A DNA stretch of 64,000 bases from an uncultured Actinomycetota bacterium. Its GTDB lineage: Bacteria > Actinomycetota > UBA4738 > HRBIN12. Position numbers and translations under genes: made by a program. Below, piece by piece: positions 1 through 9,102 of the stretch. Position 1 is the first letter of the stretch; each line of letters begins with the position of its first letter. The stretch spans positions 1,478 through 65,477 of the forward strand of contig CAVXJL010000003.1 of assembly GCA_963762015.1 (NCBI GenBank). The letters are read 5' to 3'. The notes beneath the pieces were generated by a model. That model saw only the letters and a program-made list of their open reading frames with translations, made no database searches and was not told where the DNA came from.

Positions 1-922
1 CGGCGGTCCGGAGCGGGGGCGAACAGACGAACTTCGCGCCTTCGAAGCCCGGCCGCGCCATGTCGTCGATCGAGAGGTACAGGTACTGCGGGCAGGTTTC
101 CGCGTACGCCGCCACGCCCCGGTCGCGGGCGTCGCGGACGGCGTCCAGCGCGTCGCGGGACGACAGATGGACGATGTAGGCGGGCGCGCCGGCCAGCTCG
201 GCCATCTTGAAGACGCGATGGACGGCCTCACCCTCCATCACCGGCGGTCGCGTCAGGCTGTGATTGACCGGATCCGTCTTGCCCTGCTGGAGGTACTGAC
301 GGATCAAGACGTCGATCGGTCCGCCGTTCTCCGCGTGCATCATGATCAGCGCCCCCGAATCGGCCGCGCGCTGCATGGCCTGGAAGATCGCGGCGTCGTC
401 GAGCATGAACACGCCCGGGTAGGCCATGAAGAGCTTGAAGGACGTGACCCCTTCGCCCACCAGGGTGTCCATCTCCTTCAGGACCTGGTCGTTGACCTCG
501 CGGACGATCATGTGGAAGCCGTAGTCCGTGTGCGACTTCTGTGCCTTCTCGTGCCATCGATCGAGCCCGGTGCGGAGGCTCTCGCCGTAGTCCTGCAGGG
601 CGAAGTCCACGATCGTCGTCGTGCCCCCGAATGCCGCCGCGCGCGTGCCGGTGGCGAAGTCGTCCGAGCAGAAGCTGCCACCGAACGGCAGGTCCATGTG
701 CGTGTGGACGTCCACCGCTCCGGGCATCACGTATCGGCCGGTCGCGTCGATGGTCCGGTCGGGCTCGACGAGCATCCCGGTCCCGATCGCGGCCACCCGC
801 TCGCCGTCCACGAGGACATCGGCGCTCACCGTCTCGGTCGCCGTCACGACCGTGCCGCCTTGGATCAGCGTCTTCACGACGTTCTTCCCTTCATCCGGTC
901 CGTCTCCCCCGGGCGTCGTCAT
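1..922 (-). CDS. Dihydropyrimidinase / D-hydantoinase (N-terminal ~307 aa; C-terminus lies off the left edge)
   Basis: Absent from the ORF track because it runs off the window edge. My translation of the minus strand from ATG 922..920 gives MTTPGGDGPDEGKNVVKTLIQGGTVVTATETVSADVLVDGERVAAIG..GAVDVHTHMDLPFGG..VTSFKLFMAYPG..IMMHAENG. These are the HxH, carboxylated-Lys and His motifs of cyclic amidohydrolases. Confidence 0.85.
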   Translation of the reverse strand, partial: MTTPGGDGPDEGKNVVKTLIQGGTVVTATETVSADVLVDGERVAAIGTGMLVEPDRTIDATGRYVMPGAVDVHTHMDLPFGGSFCSDDFATGTRAAAFGGTTTIVDFALQDYGESLRTGLDRWHEKAQKSHTDYGFHMIVREVNDQVLKEMDTLVGEGVTSFKLFMAYPGVFMLDDAAIFQAMQRAADSGALIMMHAENGGPIDVLIRQYLQQGKTDPVNHSLTRPPVMEGEAVHRVFKMAELAGAPAYIVHLSSRDALDAVRDARDRGVAAYAETCPQYLYLSIDDMARPGFEGAKFVCSPPLRTA

Positions 923-952
923 CTGGCGACCTCCGTCATGCGGCGACCTCCG

Positions 953-1797
953 TCATGGCAGCAGCTGGGTGAGCTCGCCGTAGAGCTCGGGGCGTCGATC
1001 ACGCAGGAACTGCCACGTGTTGCGGACCTCGCGGATCATCTCGAGGTCGAGGTCGTGCACCAGCACCTCGTCGTCGGTGTCGGACGCCTGCGCGACGATC
1101 TGCCCGCGAGGATCGCAGAAGTACGACGAGCCGTAGAACCTCGCGCTCGACAGCGGTTCCTCGGTCCCCACGCGATTGATCGCCGCGATCCAGTAGCCGT
1201 TCGCCACGGCGTGCGCCGGCTGCTCGAGCTCCCAGAGGTACTTCGAGAGCGACTCGACCGTGGCCGAGGGGTTGAACACGATCTCGGCCCCCTTCAGTCC
1301 GAGCGCGCGGCCGATCTCGGGGAAGTGCCGGTCGTAGCAGATGATCAAGCCGATCTTGCCGACCGACGTGTCGAACACCGGGTACCCGAGGTTCCCCGGC
1401 TTGAAGTAGAACTTCTCCCAGAAGCACGGGCCGACGTGCGGGATGTGGGTCTTGCGGTACTTGCCGGCGATCGTCCCGTCCCGCTCGATCACGACCGCCG
1501 AGTTGTAGTACACGCCGGTCTGCGCCTCCTCGTAGCAGGCACGATCAGCACCATCCCGTGCTGCTTCGCGACCTCCCGCATGCGCGTGACGGTCGGGCCG
1601 TCCTCCGGCTCGGCGGTCGCGTACCACTTCGGGTCCTGCTCGGCGCAGAAGTACGGGCCATGGAAGATCTCCTGCAGGCAGGTGACCTCCGCGCCGTCGG
1701 CCGCTGCCTTGGCGATCAGCTCGACGTGTTTGTCGACCGCCTCTTGCTTCGGCATGTTCGCGTGCGCCTGGATCACTGCCGCTCTGACCGTCGTCAT
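953..1797 (-). pseudogene. Beta-ureidopropionase / N-carbamoyl amidohydrolase (carbon-nitrogen hydrolase family), one frame break
   Basis: ORF 1489..1797 (MTTVRAAVIQAH..TCLQEIFHGPYFC..KQHGMVLIVP) and ORF 953..1627 (..YEEAQTGVYYNSAVVIERDG..KYRKTHIP..IGLIICYDRHFPE..) are the N- and C-halves of one CN-hydrolase in different frames. The junction is at ~1540. Total length is 845 nt (3n-1), consistent with loss of one base. Confidence 0.85.
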
Positions 1798-1843
1798 CGT
1801 TCGTGCACCTCCGCCTTTCCTTGGCGCTCTCGTTCCCGGCGTC

Positions 1844-2848
1844 CTACGGGCGGAACGCCGGCAACACGTCCTTCCCGAATCCCTCGATGATCCCGGCGGG
1901 CCCGGGGTCCTCTTGCATCGAATAGATGTTGAACTGGGTCACCCCGAGGGCCTCGAGCTCGCGGAGCTTCCCGATGCACTCGTCGGCGGTGCCGAGCACG
2001 CAGAACCGGTCCACGACCTCGTCGGTGACGAATTCTGCGTGCTCGGCACCGGTCCTGCCGTGGTCGGAGTAGTCATAGTGGTCACGGGCTTCGATGTAGT
2101 CGGTCAGCGGCTGGGGAAGGTCCGCGTCGGAGTATCGCTTGACGAGGTCGACGACGTGGTTCGAGACGAGCGCGGGGAACCAGCGCACCTGATCGCGCGC
2201 CTTGGCGAGGTCGTCGGAGAGATAGCCGGGCGCCGCGACCTGGATCTGGATGTCCTCGAAGGGACGTCCGGCCTCCTCGGCTCCCTCTCGCACGTACGCG
2301 AGCGACCACTCGAGGATGAACGGATCCGCGAGCTGCATGATCAGTCCGTCCGCGACCCGCCCGCACGCCCTGAGAGCTTTCGGGCCGTACGCCGCCACCC
2401 ACACGGGCAGGCGGTGACCCTCGCTCCACTTGAGCTGGAGCGGGGTGCCTTCGTGGTCGACCTCCCGGCCCTCCGCGAGGTCTCGGATGAACCGACAGGC
2501 GTGCTCCATCTCGTCGACGGTGACGGGCTTCTGGCCGATCACCCGCCGGGCGCTGTCCCCTCGGCCCATCCCGATGTCCATCCGCCCGCCGGAGACCTCC
2601 TGGAGCGTGGCCATGGCGCTCGCGGTCACCGTGATGTCCCGGGTGGCGGGGTTGGTGACGCAGGGGCCGAGTCGGACCCGATCCGTGTTCGCGGCGATGA
2701 GCGCGAACGTCGTGTAGAACTCCTGCCACAGCACGTGGGAGTCCCAGGCCCAGACCGCATCGAAACCCTGTGCTTCGGCGAGCTTCGCCCACTCGATCGT
2801 CCTCGAGACCGGAGGGTCGAGCATGAACGTGACGCCGAAGGAAAGCAC
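1844..2848 (-). CDS. Luciferase-like monooxygenase (LLM) class, probably F420-dependent oxidoreductase
   Basis: 334-aa intact ORF with a TIM-barrel LLM signature throughout (FGVTFMLDPP..GFDAVWAWDSH..RVRLGPCVTNPATRD..GGRMDIGMGRGDS..VWVAAYGPKAL..RFCVLGTADECIGKLRELEALGV). Confidence 0.8.
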   Translation of the reverse strand: MLSFGVTFMLDPPVSRTIEWAKLAEAQGFDAVWAWDSHVLWQEFYTTFALIAANTDRVRLGPCVTNPATRDITVTASAMATLQEVSGGRMDIGMGRGDSARRVIGQKPVTVDEMEHACRFIRDLAEGREVDHEGTPLQLKWSEGHRLPVWVAAYGPKALRACGRVADGLIMQLADPFILEWSLAYVREGAEEAGRPFEDIQIQVAAPGYLSDDLAKARDQVRWFPALVSNHVVDLVKRYSDADLPQPLTDYIEARDHYDYSDHGRTGAEHAEFVTDEVVDRFCVLGTADECIGKLRELEALGVTQFNIYSMQEDPGPAGIIEGFGKDVLPAFRP

Positions 2849-2959
2849 CTGGCCGTTCGCCTTTCGCGTCGCCCGGACACCAGCCGGCTACGGGCATCGT
2901 AGGGGGGTTCTCACCAGGCAGCCAACCGGGCGCTCGCACGACGGAGCCCACGACCGACG

Positions 2960-3922
2960 GTGGCCACGGTCACGGATAGGATGCGAGCGCCCGGCGACGT
3001 CCGGAAGGGGGCCACGATCGGCGCAACCGAGCTGCCGCCACCGCCCGAGGTTCTTCCCCTTCCATCGGCCCAGCCGTCGGCGGTCCCCAACAAGCCTTCC
3101 TACGCGCGGCTGGCGTACCTCGGGGTGATCGGCGCCGTCGGAGCGAGCGGTCTCGCGGTCCTGCTGGCGCTCCAGCTCGCCAAGCCCGATATCCCCGCGG
3201 AGGCGTTCGTCGGCGCGCCGGGTCCCTCGGAGGCGCCCGCGCCGCCCGCCGTCGAGGGGTTGCGTGCGGAGCAAGGACGATGGACCGCCGATCCGGACAC
3301 GTGGCAGGTCTCGCTCTCGTGGCAGCCCGTCGAGGAGGCCGGCGCCTATCTGATCTCGAGGAACGGCCATCGCCTCGAGAGCGTCGAGGAGACAGGGTTC
3401 GTCGACGACTCCGTGACGCCGGAGGGGAGATATCGATACGAGGTGGTCGCCGTCGGCGCGGATCGGGCGCGATCGAAAGGCGCCTTCGTGCGCATCCGGA
3501 CGCGATCGCTCCCGGCGGCCGCCGCCCGTGTGCAGGGGAGATGGATCCTCAAGCTCAAGGTTGAGTCCTCGAGCATCTTCACCGCCGGCGGTCGGATCCT
3601 GGCCACGTTCACGCCCGGATGCCGGCAGGGACCGTGCGACATCGGGTGGCGCTTCGAACGGATGGGGAACACGGGGACCGCGCGGAACCACGGCGCGAGC
3701 TACGAAGGCACCGGATCCGGCGGGTTCCTGACCGTCGACTGCCACGGAAGCGTGGTGTCCTCGTCGGTGACGTTGGAGTTCCGTGTGCTGAAGACGCACA
3801 CGGTCGGGAAGGCATGGCGCGCCACGGAGATCTCGGGAACGATCACGGAATCGGTTCCGTCCGTCTCCAACTGCTTGTCGGCGAAGAACGTGTGGACCTT
3901 CACCGGAACGGCACAAGGATGA
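2960..3922 (+). CDS. Membrane-anchored protein with FN3-like domain and Cys-containing C-terminal domain (hypothetical)
   Basis: 320-aa ORF with one TM helix (YLGVIGAVGASGLAVLLALQL). FN3-like segment WQVSLSWQPVEEAGAYLISRNG..GRYRYEVVAVGAD..AFVRIRT. Paralogous to the next gene. GTG start at 2960; alternative ATG at 2981. Confidence 0.6.
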   Translation: MATVTDRMRAPGDVRKGATIGATELPPPPEVLPLPSAQPSAVPNKPSYARLAYLGVIGAVGASGLAVLLALQLAKPDIPAEAFVGAPGPSEAPAPPAVEGLRAEQGRWTADPDTWQVSLSWQPVEEAGAYLISRNGHRLESVEETGFVDDSVTPEGRYRYEVVAVGADRARSKGAFVRIRTRSLPAAAARVQGRWILKLKVESSSIFTAGGRILATFTPGCRQGPCDIGWRFERMGNTGTARNHGASYEGTGSGGFLTVDCHGSVVSSSVTLEFRVLKTHTVGKAWRATEISGTITESVPSVSNCLSAKNVWTFTGTAQG

Positions 3923-4779
3923 CCGAGGTCGAGGGCGACGTGCGGCCCGCGGCCCGCCCGGGGCCGAGCCGCAGGGCCGTGGCGATCGTCGTCGCGGTCG
4001 ATCTCGCGATCGCCACGAGCGTGGGTGTGGGCGTGTACTTCGCGACGCGCCGGTTCGGACCGCCGACCCCGCCACGGAACGTGGTGGCATCGACGGCCCT
4101 GTGCGTGCCGGACGAGTGTCGGGAGATCACGCTGACGGTGTCCCTGCGGTGGGCGCCGCCCCTCGCGGGCGGTGACGTCAACACGTACGTCGTCCTCCGG
4201 AGCCAGGAGGAGGTCGGGCGGCTGGGTCCCGCCACGACCGAGTTCACCGACCCCGACGTGCGGATCGGACAGCGCTACGACTACGAGGTGGTCGCCATCG
4301 GTGACGAGGGGAAGGGGCGCCCCTCGCCGTTGGTCTCCGTGCGCACGCCGGTCCCCTCGATCGAACACGCTCACTTCGCCGGGCTCTACGGCGTCCGGTT
4401 GGTGTTCCGCCAGATCGACCTGCTCAGCCGATTCGAGGGCGTGCCGGACCCTGCGGTCGGTGACCGGGCCTTCCAGGATTGGAACATCCTGCCGGGCTGC
4501 ACGGCGTTCCAGGGGGCCTGCGATGCCGAGCTCTTCGGATGGGTGCTGGAGCGGGAGGGTCGCGAGTACACCGGTTCGCTGCCCAACGTGGCGCTGTGCG
4601 GCAGCGACCCTGTCGAGGGGCAGCAGACCGTCACGCTGCGGGTGACGGAGGCGGTGGTGATCGACCGCGTGCTGACGGTGTCGACCTTCGCGGGCAGGAG
4701 CGAGGTGGACTTCCGGTGCGGTGGCGAGAAGGTGCACGCGGTCGCCGCCATCACGGGGGAGCTGGCGGAGCTGGGGTGA
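3919..4779 (+). CDS. Membrane-anchored FN3-like protein, paralog of 2960..3922 (hypothetical)
   Basis: Inner start ATG 3919 overlaps the upstream stop (ATGA at 3919..3922). Same architecture as its neighbour: TM helix AVAIVVAVDLAIATSVGVGVYF, FN3-like LTVSLRWAPP..VNTYVVLRSQ..QRYDYEVVAIGDEG..LVSVRT, and a Cys-containing C-domain. The 5' part of track ORF 3619..4779 overlaps the upstream gene and is not coding. Confidence 0.6.
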   Translation: MTEVEGDVRPAARPGPSRRAVAIVVAVDLAIATSVGVGVYFATRRFGPPTPPRNVVASTALCVPDECREITLTVSLRWAPPLAGGDVNTYVVLRSQEEVGRLGPATTEFTDPDVRIGQRYDYEVVAIGDEGKGRPSPLVSVRTPVPSIEHAHFAGLYGVRLVFRQIDLLSRFEGVPDPAVGDRAFQDWNILPGCTAFQGACDAELFGWVLEREGREYTGSLPNVALCGSDPVEGQQTVTLRVTEAVVIDRVLTVSTFAGRSEVDFRCGGEKVHAVAAITGELAELG

Positions 4780-4931
4780 ACGGGTCGCCGGCCTGACCCA
4801 GATCCGTTCAGGCGACCCCGTGGGGTGCGACGGACCCGCGCCGCGTGAAAGACTGGACTGGACGAGCCTCCGACGGATCCGTGGGGACGACCGGCATCGC
4901 CCACGACCAGGGTCGAACGAAGCGCGAGGAC

Positions 4932-6209
4932 ATGGGGATCGCGGGGACCGCAACGGACGATCGAGCTGCCTCGGCCGAGGGCCTCTTCGACGCGGTCCAG
5001 GGGCACCTCGACCAAGCGGCCGATCGGATCCGGCTCGACGACGGGGCTCGGAAGGTGCTGTCGACCCATCGGCGCGAGGTCGCCGTCTCCGTGCGCGTAT
5101 CCCGGGACGACGGCACGTTCGACGTCTATCCGGGGTGGCGGATCCAACACAACGGTGCGCGAGGGCCCTTCAAGGGAGGTCTCCGTTTCCACCCGAAGGC
5201 TTCCCGTGACGAGTTCCGCTGCTTCTCGGCCTTGATGACGTGGAAGACCGCGCTCCTCGACGTGCCGTTCGGCGGTGCCAAGGGTGGGGTGCAGGTGGAT
5301 CCGAAGGCTCTGTCGGTCTCCGAGCTCGAACGGCTGTGCCGCTCCTATTTCTCGGCGATCGAGATGGTGGTCGGCCCGTACCGGGACATCCCCGCGCCCG
5401 ACGTCAACACCGGTCCTCGCGAGATGGCCTGGATGTACGACGAGTACTCGAGGTCGCGCGGCGACTCCCCGGCGGTGATCACGGGGAAGCCCGTCGGGCT
5501 CGGGGGGTCGCTCGGACGGGACGCCGCGACCGGGCGAGGAGCCTTGTTCGCGCTCGATCGCATCGCCCACTCTCGCCGGTGGACGCGCGAGCACATCCGC
5601 GTCGCGGTCGAGGGGTTCGGGAACGCCGGGGCGTGGTTCGCCCAGCTCGCCCATCAGGTGGGGTACAAGGTGGTCGCGGTCTCCGACTCGCGGGGCGCGG
5701 TCGTGAACCCCGAGGGACTCATCCCTCACGACGTGCTGGAGCACAAGCAACAGACCGGCAGCGTGATCGGCTTCAAGCACGCGGACACGATCGACGGCGA
5801 CGACCTGATCGGCGTCGAATGCGAGGTGCTCGCGCCCGCGGCCCTCGAACGGTCGATCCGGGGGGACAACGCCGATCGCGTGCGCGCGACCTTGGTCCTC
5901 GAGCTCGCGAACCACCCCGTCACGCCGGACGGCGATCTCCTCCTCCACGATCGTGGGGTGTGGGTGATCCCCGACATCCTGGGCAGCGCCGGTGGCGTCA
6001 CCGTCAGCTACCTCGAGTGGGTCCAGAACCTCCAGCGCGAGCGCTGGAGCGAGGAACGGGTCAACGGACGACTGAAGGAGCTGATGGAGTCGGCGACCGA
6101 CCTCGTGCTCGAGCGCGCGGATGAGGGCGGGGTCCCTCATCGGATGGCGGCCTACGAGATCGCGGTCGAGCGGGTGGCCGAAGCGGGCCGTGCCCGCGGC
6201 TGGCACTAG
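4932..6209 (+). CDS. gdh: Glutamate dehydrogenase (Glu/Leu/Phe/Val dehydrogenase family)
   Basis: Signature FKGGLRFHP..VPFGGAKGGVQVDP..DIPAPDVNT..TGKPVGLGGS and Rossmann motif VAVEGFGNAGAW. ATG 4932 is preceded by GAGGA; track ORF 4845..6209 is the same frame. Confidence 0.9.
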   Translation: MGIAGTATDDRAASAEGLFDAVQGHLDQAADRIRLDDGARKVLSTHRREVAVSVRVSRDDGTFDVYPGWRIQHNGARGPFKGGLRFHPKASRDEFRCFSALMTWKTALLDVPFGGAKGGVQVDPKALSVSELERLCRSYFSAIEMVVGPYRDIPAPDVNTGPREMAWMYDEYSRSRGDSPAVITGKPVGLGGSLGRDAATGRGALFALDRIAHSRRWTREHIRVAVEGFGNAGAWFAQLAHQVGYKVVAVSDSRGAVVNPEGLIPHDVLEHKQQTGSVIGFKHADTIDGDDLIGVECEVLAPAALERSIRGDNADRVRATLVLELANHPVTPDGDLLLHDRGVWVIPDILGSAGGVTVSYLEWVQNLQRERWSEERVNGRLKELMESATDLVLERADEGGVPHRMAAYEIAVERVAEAGRARGWH

Positions 6210-6542
6210 TTCCCGGTTCCCGGATCACGCTCCGAAGCCCGGTCCGCCCCGCGAGCGCTCGGGTTCCGTGGCTTTCCCCCGTCTCCCTTCGACCTCCCGG
6301 GTCGACGCCCCGCCCATCAGGTGGGACATCCGCCCGCCGCGCGGTACTTGTGCCCGCGTGAGCACGTCTTCCAACCGCCACGGTTCGCTCGCGCCATCCC
6401 TTCGATCGGTTCCCTGCTCGGCCGCGACGGAAACGCCGGGGTCGTGCCGGATCCGATCCACAGGCCCGATCGTTGGACTCCTTAGCGAACCCTTTGCCAT
6501 CCATTCACGCGAGCTTGCCTCGCCTCCCCGCACTCTGGGTTC

Positions 6543-7322
6543 ATGCAGATCCGAAGGCCGATCCTCGCGCTCGCCCTCACGCTCGTGACCGCGGCCTGTT
6601 CACTCGCCGGCGGAGAGCCGGCACCGGCGAGCGGAGACCCGTCGGAGGGATCCGGCGCGACGACCGCGCCGGCGTCGACGGCACCGCTCGCGGCGCGGCG
6701 TGTGGACCCTCGCCGAGGCGGTCTCGAGCTCGGCTTCGGCGAGTTCGCGATCACGCTCGAGGCCGACGAGATCCGGCCCGGTCCGGTCACGTTCGTGATC
6801 CGGAACGGAGGAGCGCTCGTCCACGGCTTCGAGATGGAGATCGAGGAGCGCGGTGACCACAGTGGATCCGGTCATGGTGGGGGTGACCGGTACAAGGTCG
6901 AGGGACCGGCCTTCGGTCCCGGCGACACCGTGCGGATCCCACTCGACCTCGCGCCCGGCGTGTACGAGATCGAGTGCTTCGTCGCGGAGCACGACGATCG
7001 CGGGATGCGGGCGACCTTGATCGTTCGCCCGGGTGCGCCGCTCGTGCGCGTCTCGGAGCCGACCGCGCCGGATGGGGTGGAGATCGCGGACTTCGCCTTC
7101 TCGCCCGGCGAGATCGAGGTGGGCATCGGCTCCGAGGTCACCTGGAGGAACGTCGACCCCACGGCTCACACGGTGACCGCGCGCGACGGTTCCTTCGACT
7201 CCGGAACGGTCGATCCCGGCTCCGCCTTCTCGACGGCGTTCGAACTCAGCGGAACGTTCCGGTACTTCTGTCAGATCCACCCCACGATGCAAGGCACCGT
7301 GCGTGTCGTGGAACCCACGTGA
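6543..7322 (+). CDS. Lipoprotein with two cupredoxin-like domains (blue-copper-type ligand motifs)
   Basis: Signal peptide plus lipobox (LTLVTAAC). Two C-x(n)-H-x(n)-M type motifs: YEIECFVAEHDDRGMRATLIV and FRYFCQIHPTMQGTVRVV. Confidence 0.75.
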   Translation: MQIRRPILALALTLVTAACSLAGGEPAPASGDPSEGSGATTAPASTAPLAARRVDPRRGGLELGFGEFAITLEADEIRPGPVTFVIRNGGALVHGFEMEIEERGDHSGSGHGGGDRYKVEGPAFGPGDTVRIPLDLAPGVYEIECFVAEHDDRGMRATLIVRPGAPLVRVSEPTAPDGVEIADFAFSPGEIEVGIGSEVTWRNVDPTAHTVTARDGSFDSGTVDPGSAFSTAFELSGTFRYFCQIHPTMQGTVRVVEPT

Positions 7323-7366
7323 GCCGGCGAACGACCGGCTCCTGTCGATACAAGGAGGCCATCACC

Positions 7367-7726
7367 ATGGTGAAGTCGAGGAAGATCCTGTCGATCGCCG
7401 CGGTCAGCTTGCTGCTGCTCGCCGCGTGCGGCGGAGGCGATGACGGCGCGAACGGAGGAGGCGACGGAGCGGCGGCAACCTCCACGGTGACGATGCGCGA
7501 CAACGCGTTCGTCCCGTCCGATCCGGTCGTCTCCGCGGGGGAGGTCGAGCTCGTGAACGAGGGAGCGTCGCCCCACACCTTCACGGTGGAGGGAGAGGAC
7601 GTGAACGTGCAGGTCGAGGCCGGGCAGACGGTCACGGAGACCATCGATCTCGCCGCCGGGACGTACACGCTGTTCTGCGAGTTCCACCGTGGCCAGGGCA
7701 TGGAGGGAACGCTGACCGTCGAGTGA
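7367..7726 (+). CDS. Small cupredoxin-like lipoprotein
   Basis: ATG 7367 follows AAGGAGG (7352..7358). Lipobox LLLLAAC. Motifs HTFTVEG and YTLFCEFHRGQGMEGTLTV. The upstream part of track ORF 6974..7726 is not coding. Confidence 0.8.
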   Translation: MVKSRKILSIAAVSLLLLAACGGGDDGANGGGDGAAATSTVTMRDNAFVPSDPVVSAGEVELVNEGASPHTFTVEGEDVNVQVEAGQTVTETIDLAAGTYTLFCEFHRGQGMEGTLTVE

Positions 7727-7777
7727 TCGGCGAGATACGGAGCGGGTGAGCCCTTGGTCCCGGTCACGGCCGTCGCG

Positions 7778-9040
7778 TTACGTGTCGGGACCGGGGGCTG
7801 AGGGAGGAGCTCCGGGGGCCTCGAGCACCACGTGCTCGTCCCTCCGTCGGAAGGCGATCGCCCACACGATCAGGTTGACCGGATACACGAGGTAGCCGAC
7901 GCGCGCCGCCGGCGCGAGCGCGACCGCGGTCAGGAACGCGCCCGCTGCACGCATGCACGCCTGCGACATCGAGACCGTCCGGCCCCAGAACAGCAGGAGA
8001 CCCGTGACGACGGCGATCACGGCCACGAGGAGCACGGTGATCGCATCCTGCTGGGACGGGAACCGGTCGAGGAGCACGGAGCCGATCGTGGGGGTCGTCG
8101 CCGCCGAGGCGCCGCGTCCCAGACCGAGCGGGAACAGGACCGTGTCCTCGACGAACGCGCCCCAGTCCCAGAGCACGAACGGCACCGTGAGGGTCACGGC
8201 GACGAGACCGGCCGTCATGACGAACCGGCGTCGTGCCGGCCCCGGAGGGATCGCGAACACGAGGAAGGGGAGGACCAGGATCGAGGTCTGCTTCATCGCG
8301 AGCGCGAGTCCTCCCGAGAGCCCCGCTGCCGCCGATCCGCCTCGCTGCGCCAGGACGAACGTGACGAGCAGGAGTGCGACCACCGGGATGTCGACCCCGC
8401 CGGTGGCGAGGAGGAGCGCCCCCGTCGGAAGGGCGAACAGCACCTGGAAGGTCCGGACCTTGGCGTCCGGCGCCGCATCCATCCGGCGGAGAGCGGCGAT
8501 CGCGACCGCGAGGGCGACGATCGCGAACCACACGCGTGCATCCGCCCACGCGACATGGCCCGCCAGCGCCCGAGGGAGACCGAAGACGAGCATCCCCGGC
8601 AGGTACGGGAAGTGGACCTGGGTCGCGAGCGGCCGATCCGAGAGCGGGCCGTCTCGATACTCGGCCCCGTAGGGGTCGTGCCCGTCGAGCGATGCGTTCG
8701 CCGCCTCTTCCACGATGATGACCTCGGACTGCGCGTGATCTCCTGGGTCGCCCTGGGATCGCCAGACGGATCCGGCCACGAGGGGGACGATCGCCGTCGC
8801 GAGGAAGACGACGACGAGGAGCCAGATCCGACGCCGGCGCTGACGGCCCTCGTCCCCGTGCAGCCACGCGGCGCAGACGGCCAGGACGGCGGCCACGCCG
8901 TACGGCCACACCGCCATCCGTCCCCAGGAGCGCTGCAGCGGGATGTCGGCGGCCGCGGCCGTGATGCCGGCGAACGCCGCTGCGCCCCCGTACAGGAGAG
9001 CATCCACGAGGCAGGGCCGTCGGGATCGGGCGACCGTCAT
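7778..9040 (-). CDS. Polytopic membrane protein, GT87/DUF2029-like glycosyl(mannosyl)transferase candidate
   Basis: 420-aa intact ORF with about 10 predicted TM helices and a loop region (VIIVEEAANASLDGHDPYG..HFPYLPGMLVFGLP) typical of DUF2029-type membrane glycosyltransferases. The family assignment is by resemblance only. Confidence 0.55.
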   Translation of the reverse strand: MTVARSRRPCLVDALLYGGAAAFAGITAAAADIPLQRSWGRMAVWPYGVAAVLAVCAAWLHGDEGRQRRRRIWLLVVVFLATAIVPLVAGSVWRSQGDPGDHAQSEVIIVEEAANASLDGHDPYGAEYRDGPLSDRPLATQVHFPYLPGMLVFGLPRALAGHVAWADARVWFAIVALAVAIAALRRMDAAPDAKVRTFQVLFALPTGALLLATGGVDIPVVALLLVTFVLAQRGGSAAAGLSGGLALAMKQTSILVLPFLVFAIPPGPARRRFVMTAGLVAVTLTVPFVLWDWGAFVEDTVLFPLGLGRGASAATTPTIGSVLLDRFPSQQDAITVLLVAVIAVVTGLLLFWGRTVSMSQACMRAAGAFLTAVALAPAARVGYLVYPVNLIVWAIAFRRRDEHVVLEAPGAPPSAPGPDT

Positions 9041-9102
9041 CGTGCCTCACGATAGGCGGCACCCGCCGCCGAACCCCGCACGTCATCTGATGTGATGGCG
9101 GG

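Noticed and set aside
167-2902. 911-aa ORF on the plus strand spanning three minus-strand genes
   Set aside because: Its composition is Arg/Gly/Asp/His-rich with no motifs. It is exactly antisense to the recognisable dihydropyrimidinase, CN-hydrolase and LLM genes, so it is a typical high-GC shadow ORF.
4386-6206. 606-aa minus-strand ORF opposite the glutamate dehydrogenase gene
   Set aside because: The plus strand carries an unmistakable GDH, and the minus-strand translation is low-complexity Arg/Pro/Gly. It is a shadow ORF.
6210-6542. Candidate small genes (ORFs 6225..6533 - and 6061..6504 -) or a riboswitch in the 333-nt gap after gdh
   Set aside because: Third-codon-position GC is clearly lower than in real genes here. 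I recognise no protein motif and no conserved RNA structure. I leave the region unannotated.
7756-7792. Hairpin (ggtcccggtcacg ... cgtgtcgggacc) between the convergent genes as a bidirectional terminator
   Set aside because: The stem is imperfect, there is no U-tract, and it overlaps the last codons of the 7778..9040 gene. It is plausible but too weak to report as a feature.
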